From: a bacterium
GTDB taxonomy: Bacteria > Patescibacteriota > Minisyncoccia > Moranbacterales > DUUL01
NCBI GenBank assembly: GCA_018675685.1
Contig: JABGXP010000014.1
Location: forward strand, 81,288 to 145,287
DNA length: 64,000 nt
Direction of reading: 5' to 3'
Shown: positions 58,654 to 64,000 of the stretch, in pieces
Position numbering within the stretch: the first letter of the stretch is position 1
Layout of the letters: every line of letters starts with the position of its first letter
Translations under genes and position numbers: made by a program
The notes under the pieces: generated by a model
Database searches by the model: none
What the model saw: the letters and a program-made list of their open reading frames with translations, nothing else
Told to the model about the DNA's origin: nothing

Positions 58654-59619
58654 ATGGAGAAAAGAAAAAAAGGAGATAAAAAACCAGAGAATGTAAGAAT
58701 CATTTTTGTTTCTGCTGTCTGCGGAAAAGAACCAGAGCTCATGACCAGTTTTCTTGAAGAGTTTGATTCTTTCGCGAAGAAGCAGGACAAAAAAACTTTT
58801 GTCTTGATTTTCTGCGGAAAAGCAAGCGACCCAAGCAAGCTTTTGCGAAAGGCTGACATTCTGGTAACTGATCCCGTGATCACTTGGGGTGGAAGAAAGA
58901 CATTCCTTCCTCAGCTAGGTTCTGCCAACGATGAGCGCGAGAATGGAAAACGCAGAATCATTATCGTTCTTCCAAGAAAGAAGGATGAAAGAAATAAATT
59001 CTTTGCTGACCCCCGGTGTTTTGCAAAGACATTGATGCCAAATGTGGAGCATCCTCGGAAAGTTGAAAAAATCTCGCATATTCCTTTGAATGGCAAGACT
59101 CTGGAAAAAATCGAAGATGAAGTCATTTTCGAACTACCAGAACATTGTTCAGCCCCGAGAGTGATGATCGCACTTTCTAATTCTTTTGAAATGATTGAAG
59201 CGAAAAAACTGAAGGAGACAATTGAGGCACAATTTGCCCTTGAGGTGATGGTGGTTCCTTGGAAAAGCTTCCGAGCTTCAATGGCCGCCGAAGCGGATGT
59301 TTTGATTACTAGCACTGTTCAACAGCTCGATAGACTCCCAACACCTGCAAGAGTTCCCACTAATAGGCACAATGGTAGAAACAACAAGTTTGTCGAATCA
59401 AAAGTTCACACCTATCAAAACTTGGCGCATGTTGACATGTCCAAGAAGGCTAATCCAGCCCTGCAGGTTGTTCTTTTGGGAAGGGAAGTGACAGCGTTCA
59501 TTGTTCGTTATGCGGACATCCTATCCGGCTTCTTAGAGTTTCCGCCAACAAAGGCTTCTTTGTCAGCAGCTTTACAAAGAGCAGCTTTGAAAAGCGAAAA
59601 ATCAGTTCTTATCAATTAG
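58654..59619 (+). CDS. hypothetical protein with an N-terminal Rossmann-like alpha/beta segment, in the GC-richer island
   Basis: A 321-aa ORF with an AGGTGG RBS. Alternating beta-strand/helix pattern (VRIIFVSAV ... FVLIFCGKASD ... ADILVTDP). No family recognised. Confidence 0.35.
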   Translation: MEKRKKGDKKPENVRIIFVSAVCGKEPELMTSFLEEFDSFAKKQDKKTFVLIFCGKASDPSKLLRKADILVTDPVITWGGRKTFLPQLGSANDERENGKRRIIIVLPRKKDERNKFFADPRCFAKTLMPNVEHPRKVEKISHIPLNGKTLEKIEDEVIFELPEHCSAPRVMIALSNSFEMIEAKKLKETIEAQFALEVMVVPWKSFRASMAAEADVLITSTVQQLDRLPTPARVPTNRHNGRNNKFVESKVHTYQNLAHVDMSKKANPALQVVLLGREVTAFIVRYADILSGFLEFPPTKASLSAALQRAALKSEKSVLIN

Positions 59620-59898
59620 GAAAATATCAAGTACATCAGGCTTAATTCTAAAGCAAGTTCTAAAACTAAAGTTTCAAAAAATGATTGAGGCATGCAGGAA
59701 ATTTTTCCTTCGCATGCCTCTTTTTGTCAATTAAAGTTGACGTTTTAGCTAGAATATGCTAAAAAGAAATATTATACTTTTCAAAAAGAGATTACTTTTA
59801 TTTTCAATGAATATTTCGATTTGCTAGTCGCCGGGAAGCAAATTGATTTTGTAAGAAGATTTGTTAGAATGGTTTTGCATTACAAGTAATATGACTTT

Positions 59899-60507
59899 AT
59901 GGAGCTTAAAGAGTATTTAAAAGTTTTGAAGAAATACAAAACAACCTTTGTTGTCATCTGGGTTGGAGCGATTGCTTTTGGATTGATTGCAGCGTCTCTT
60001 GTTCCACAGAGATACAAAACGACTTTTTCAATTGATATCACAAGAGATACGCAGGAAGAAGGAACTCAGGAATATGACTTTGATCAATTCTATCGTTTAG
60101 AAGCAGACGATCGATTCGGCAGGACAATTGTAGAATGGTTTAGTGATGGTGCAATTGTAAACAACATTCACGCTGTCGCAAGAAGCGTGGAAGAGAATTT
60201 TGAAAATGAAGAACTCGAAACGAAATTTAAAGCAAAAAAGCTCGCAAATAGCTATTTGAGGGTTAGCTTCTTGGTTTCAGAGAAAAAAGAAGTAAAACCA
60301 CTTTTTCTGGGAGTGAAAAAAGTTCTAAATGAGAAAACCAAGGAGTTTAATGGCGGTTTCAATAAACAAAGCAGCTTTAAGCTCATTTTTAATGGACCAA
60401 CTATTGCAAATGCTACAATTCCACTTACCCCACTACTTATCAGTTTGATTGGCAGTGGTTTTTTCTTGGCAGCATTCGGGATTATGTTTAGAAAGTATCT
60501 AGAATAA
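59899..60507 (+). CDS. Wzz/Cap-type polysaccharide chain-length determinant protein (short form)
   Basis: N-terminal LKEYLKVLKKYKTTFVVIWVGAIAFGLIAASL (Wzz N-terminal TM motif), a periplasmic segment and a C-terminal TM (LISLIGSGFFLAAFGIMF). Confidence 0.5.
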   Translation: MELKEYLKVLKKYKTTFVVIWVGAIAFGLIAASLVPQRYKTTFSIDITRDTQEEGTQEYDFDQFYRLEADDRFGRTIVEWFSDGAIVNNIHAVARSVEENFENEELETKFKAKKLANSYLRVSFLVSEKKEVKPLFLGVKKVLNEKTKEFNGGFNKQSSFKLIFNGPTIANATIPLTPLLISLIGSGFFLAAFGIMFRKYLE

Positions 60508-60515
60508 GAATCATT

Positions 60516-61664
60516 ATGAAAATAGGGATTGATATTAGATGTTTAGCAGAAGGGAATCGAACTGGTGTTGAGGAATACACGATTAGCTTTTTGAAGCGTC
60601 TTTTTGAGCAGGATTCGAAGAACGAATACCTGCTTTTTATTAACTCTTTTAAGAAAGTTAAAGAAGACCTTTCCTGGTTAGAGGAGTATCCAAACGTTGA
60701 AATGAGAAACTTTGGTTTTCCTAATAAACTTTTAAACTTTGCAATGTGGTTTTTGCGTTGGCCAAAAATTGACCTTTTGCTTGGAGGAGTTGACCTTTTT
60801 TTTGCACCAAACATTTCTTTCATAGCTCTTTCTGATAAATGTAAGTTCACTCTCACTGTTCACGATCTTTCATTTGAAAGATTCCCCGAACACTTTTCCG
60901 CTAAAAGAAGATTATGGCACTATGTTGTGAATCCAAGATTGCTTTGCAAGAGAGCTGACAAGATCTTAGCTGTATCAAATTCAACAAAAGATGACCTGAC
61001 GATGCTTTATCGAATCAGTGAAAGTAAAATAGAAGTAGCTTATCCTCGTTTGGAGACTAAAAATTTCACAGAACCCAATATTTCTGGAGACAAAACAATG
61101 AGAATGATCAGAGATTATAGCTTGCCTGATGAATTTGTCTTGTATTTAGGAACAATTGAGCCAAGGAAAAACATTATCTCACTTGTAAAAGCATTTGAGC
61201 ATTTGAAAAAAAGCGGCAAAGTATATAAAAACTTAAAACTGGTGATTGCGGGAAGAGTTGGGTGGTCGTATGAAAGAATAATTAAGGCCGTGGAATCAAG
61301 CCCTAATAAAAAAGATATTCTGTTTACTGGCTTTGTGCATGACTCTGATAAAGCTATTTTATATAAATTAGCAAAGGTTTTTGTCTATCCATCTTTCTTT
61401 GAAGGCTTTGGTTTTCCTCCGGTAGAGGCAATGGCAAGTGGTGTTCCTGTGATTACTTCAAATTGTTCTTCTATCCCAGAGGTCGTGCAAGATGCCGCAG
61501 TATTAATTGATCCATATCGGCCAGCTGAAATTTCACTAGCGATCAAACTTCTTTTGGAGGACAAAATATTGTATAATGATTTTATCAAGAAAGGAAGAAT
61601 GCACGTTGAAAAAATTGAAAAGCGATATTTGGAAGAGAATATTCTTTCTTATCTCAAGATATAG
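60516..61664 (+). CDS. GT4-family glycosyltransferase (RfaG-like)
   Basis: GT-B fold and EX7E region FFEGFGFPPVEAMASGVPVITS. Confidence 0.75.
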   Translation: MKIGIDIRCLAEGNRTGVEEYTISFLKRLFEQDSKNEYLLFINSFKKVKEDLSWLEEYPNVEMRNFGFPNKLLNFAMWFLRWPKIDLLLGGVDLFFAPNISFIALSDKCKFTLTVHDLSFERFPEHFSAKRRLWHYVVNPRLLCKRADKILAVSNSTKDDLTMLYRISESKIEVAYPRLETKNFTEPNISGDKTMRMIRDYSLPDEFVLYLGTIEPRKNIISLVKAFEHLKKSGKVYKNLKLVIAGRVGWSYERIIKAVESSPNKKDILFTGFVHDSDKAILYKLAKVFVYPSFFEGFGFPPVEAMASGVPVITSNCSSIPEVVQDAAVLIDPYRPAEISLAIKLLLEDKILYNDFIKKGRMHVEKIEKRYLEENILSYLKI

Positions 61665-61739
61665 CAATTGTTTATGGTGATGGCGAGAAAAAACTCAAGC
61701 TTGAAACAAAAGATATAAAAAAGTTAGGAAAAACAAAAG

Positions 61740-62876
61740 ATGAAAAAAATTGGAATCGATGCTCGTTTTTATGGACCAACAGGGAAGGGTCTTGGAAGGT
61801 ATGCGCAGAAACTAGTTGAATACTTGGAAATGGTTGATGGAGGGAATAAGGAACGACAATATGTTGTTTTTTTGAGGAAAGATAATTTTGATCTGTATCA
61901 ACCAAAACATGAGAACTTTACTAAGGTACTGGCTGATTTTAGCTGGTATTCTTTTGCGGAACAATTAGGGTTTCCGCTTTTTTTATATGCTCAGAAGCTT
62001 GATTTGGTGCATTTTTGTCATTTCAATGTGCCACTTTTATATTGTAAGCAATTTGTTGTTACGATTCATGATTTAATCTTATTCCACCACCCGACTGTTA
62101 GGAATACGACTTTGAATAAATATTTCTATTTTTTGAAACTATTTGCATACAGGCTGGCGATCAGAAGGGCAGCAAAAAAGGCAAGGAAGATTATTGCAGT
62201 TTCGGAGTTCACAAGAAGCGATATTGTAGCCAATCTTGGTGTTACTAAAGAGCAAGTTGAAATGACCTATGAAGGCTGTGAATACCAATGTTTTTTGAAC
62301 AGTAAATGCGATGATGATGTTTTAACAAAGTATGGTATAATGAAACCATATCTGCTTTATGTCGGCAATGCTTATCCACACAAGAATCTAGAGAGACTAG
62401 TGGCGGTGTTTAGCAGACTTAGAAATAAAAATGATAAACTCCAATTAGTACTTGTTGGAGGAAAGGATTTTTTCTATGAAAATTTGGAAAAATTTGTTTT
62501 TGATGGGGGGTATGAGGGAATAATTTTCCCTGGCTATGTTCCAGATCGAGAACTTGATGTTTTGTATAAAAGAGCAGAACTCTATGTCTTTCCTTCTCTT
62601 TATGAAGGGTTCGGCTTACCACCACTAGAAGCTCTAGCTAAGAGCACAATGGTAGTCTCATCTTGCAGGACTTCTATGCCAGAAATTTTGCAAGACGCTG
62701 TTAGTTATTTTGACCCAGAAGATCTCGATTCAATGGAAAAATCAATTTTATTTGCCTTAGAAAACAAGCCCCCAAAAAAGGAGCTTCCCAAAAAAGCAAT
62801 TAAGGTTTTGGCAAAATTTTCTTGGAGAAAGATGGCGGAAGAGACATTAGATATATATAAAAAAGTTTTAAGGTAG
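61740..62876 (+). CDS. GT4-family glycosyltransferase
   Basis: EX7E region LYEGFGLPPLEALAKSTMVVSS and an N-terminal GT-B domain. Confidence 0.75.
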   Translation: MKKIGIDARFYGPTGKGLGRYAQKLVEYLEMVDGGNKERQYVVFLRKDNFDLYQPKHENFTKVLADFSWYSFAEQLGFPLFLYAQKLDLVHFCHFNVPLLYCKQFVVTIHDLILFHHPTVRNTTLNKYFYFLKLFAYRLAIRRAAKKARKIIAVSEFTRSDIVANLGVTKEQVEMTYEGCEYQCFLNSKCDDDVLTKYGIMKPYLLYVGNAYPHKNLERLVAVFSRLRNKNDKLQLVLVGGKDFFYENLEKFVFDGGYEGIIFPGYVPDRELDVLYKRAELYVFPSLYEGFGLPPLEALAKSTMVVSSCRTSMPEILQDAVSYFDPEDLDSMEKSILFALENKPPKKELPKKAIKVLAKFSWRKMAEETLDIYKKVLR

Positions 62877-62895
62877 CACAGTTTTTAAAATAAAA

Positions 62896-64000
62896 ATGAG
62901 CAAAATTCTAGATCATAGAACTAGCAAAACATACGATATTAAACCCGTTGACAAAAGGGGTAATCTTGACGAAGAAAAATTAAGAGAAGGGGAAGACTTG
63001 GTGCAACTCAGGGATCTAGAAAGAGAAGGGAAGAGTGCTCAAATGCTCAAAAAATTTGAAGAAGAAAAAGAGAGGGTCTCGCAAGACAGACTCATTTTTG
63101 ATATTGGAATTAAAGCTGAAGCTTTGGAAGTGGAAACACAAGGACAAGAAGAGAGACTGATAGAAAACCAAATAGCAGAAGATCAAATAGACCAAAAAGA
63201 AAAGGAAAAGGAAGATATTTCTGTTTTTGAATCGCCGCAACCACAAATAGAAAGAGAAGAAGACGGTATTGAAAATGTTGATGGCTTTGAAGTTGCTGAA
63301 GATGAATCTCCTGAAGATGTTCTAAAAAAATTCAAAGAAACCTTCGAGGAAAAAGATCAATCTGAAGAGGTTCTTTCTGATATCCAAATACAAGAAGAAG
63401 TGTCGATTCCAAAGAGAACTATTGAAGAGGTTCGCTTTGAAGAATCTGAAGAGAGAGAAGTAGAAGAAACGGAAACAGGTCTTGTGAGTGAAGAAGTTTT
63501 GCAGAATGAAGTTGAACATGAGAATTATGTTATTTTTGAGGGTAACCGTGCATTTACGCCAGAAGAAAGACCTGAAATTAAGGTTTTAAAGATTCAAATT
63601 TCGGGATTGCAGAAATTTGAAAAGAAACAAGAACAAGAACAAGAACAAGAACTCAATGGACAGCTTAAAGAGGAGAGAAGTCTAGATTGTAAACTAGAAA
63701 AGACAAGAAAGAGACAAGAAAACGCAGAACTCTTGGATCAATGGATGTCGGAGGATAAGAAAGAACAAGAGGGAATTGTAGAAGAGCAAAGATTAATAAG
63801 CGAAGAGTCGCAAGCAAGAGCTATTTTAATAGAGCAAAACAGGAAGGATGCCGAGGAAAGAAAGGAGGCAAAAAGAGAGCGAGAAGAAAAATTGGAGCTA
63901 GAAAAACAAGAAAAGGCCCAAGAGAGAGCTATTTTAATAGAGCGAAATAGGAAGGATGCCGAAGAAAGAAAAGAGGCAAAAAGAGAACAAGAGGAGAGAT
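62896..64000 (+). CDS. highly acidic E/K/Q-rich repeat protein, 5' part (continues beyond the window end)
   Basis: Open frame from the ATG at 62896 to the window edge. It contains a (GAACAA)n microsatellite and a 108-bp tandem repeat. Confidence 0.45.
   Translation, partial: MSKILDHRTSKTYDIKPVDKRGNLDEEKLREGEDLVQLRDLEREGKSAQMLKKFEEEKERVSQDRLIFDIGIKAEALEVETQGQEERLIENQIAEDQIDQKEKEKEDISVFESPQPQIEREEDGIENVDGFEVAEDESPEDVLKKFKETFEEKDQSEEVLSDIQIQEEVSIPKRTIEEVRFEESEEREVEETETGLVSEEVLQNEVEHENYVIFEGNRAFTPEERPEIKVLKIQISGLQKFEKKQEQEQEQELNGQLKEERSLDCKLEKTRKRQENAELLDQWMSEDKKEQEGIVEEQRLISEESQARAILIEQNRKDAEERKEAKREREEKLELEKQEKAQERAILIERNRKDAEERKEAKREQEER
63817..64000 (+). repeat. 108-bp (36-aa) in-frame tandem repeat, at least 1.7 copies, truncated by the window end
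   Basis: agagctattttaatagagcaaaacaggaaggatgccgaggaaagaaaggaggcaaaaagagagcg ... recurs at 63925 with only a few substitutions. The encoded unit is RAILIEQNRKDAEERKEAKRE ... Confidence 0.7.

Overview
Low-GC (about one-third GC), gene-dense, small-gene bacterial chromosome segment. The gene set is typical of an anaerobic, reduced-genome, probably monoderm organism; CPR/Patescibacteria-like is an inference, not something the sequence proves. All calls are by eye from the translated ORFs and the raw sequence; no database searches were run.

Core content, in order:
- 3' end of ispH, then ribosomal protein L25.
- A partial dcw cluster: mraZ-rsmH-ftsL-ftsI-murF, with an MraZ operator and a sigma70 promoter in front.
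- fmt-def-priA on the minus strand.
- nrdR, then class III anaerobic RNR (nrdD).
- A PFOR operon, porG-porD-[HAD]-porA-porB, then rmuC.
- An hrcA-grpE-dnaK heat-shock operon with a canonical CIRCE operator.
- An RND efflux pair (membrane fusion protein plus permease, no outer-membrane factor) and murG.
- A complete F1Fo ATP synthase operon, atpZ-BEFHAGDC.
- wzz plus two GT4 glycosyltransferases, then a repeat-rich acidic protein running off the window end.

Most notable observations:
1. A minus-strand SipW signal-peptidase operon with two SipW-cognate substrates (a TasA/camelysin-like protein and a large lamin-tail-domain protein) plus a membrane-anchored TasA-like protein. This is a candidate extracellular fibre/surface-assembly system.
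2. A NUDIX hydrolase fused in frame to GrpE inside the CIRCE-controlled operon.
3. A class III RNR whose glycyl-radical domain is a separate 92-aa zinc-ribbon mini-protein, in frame but separated by three stop codons.
4. Two GC-richer patches (35.7-36.45 kb with a poly-A8 frameshift; 57.2-59.6 kb with a REC-like gene, a zinc-ribbon mini-ORF and a shared upstream motif) that look horizontally acquired and are uncharacterised.
5. Several clear regulatory elements: MraZ boxes, an NrdR box, CIRCE, strong rho-independent terminators and a 31-nt perfect palindrome.
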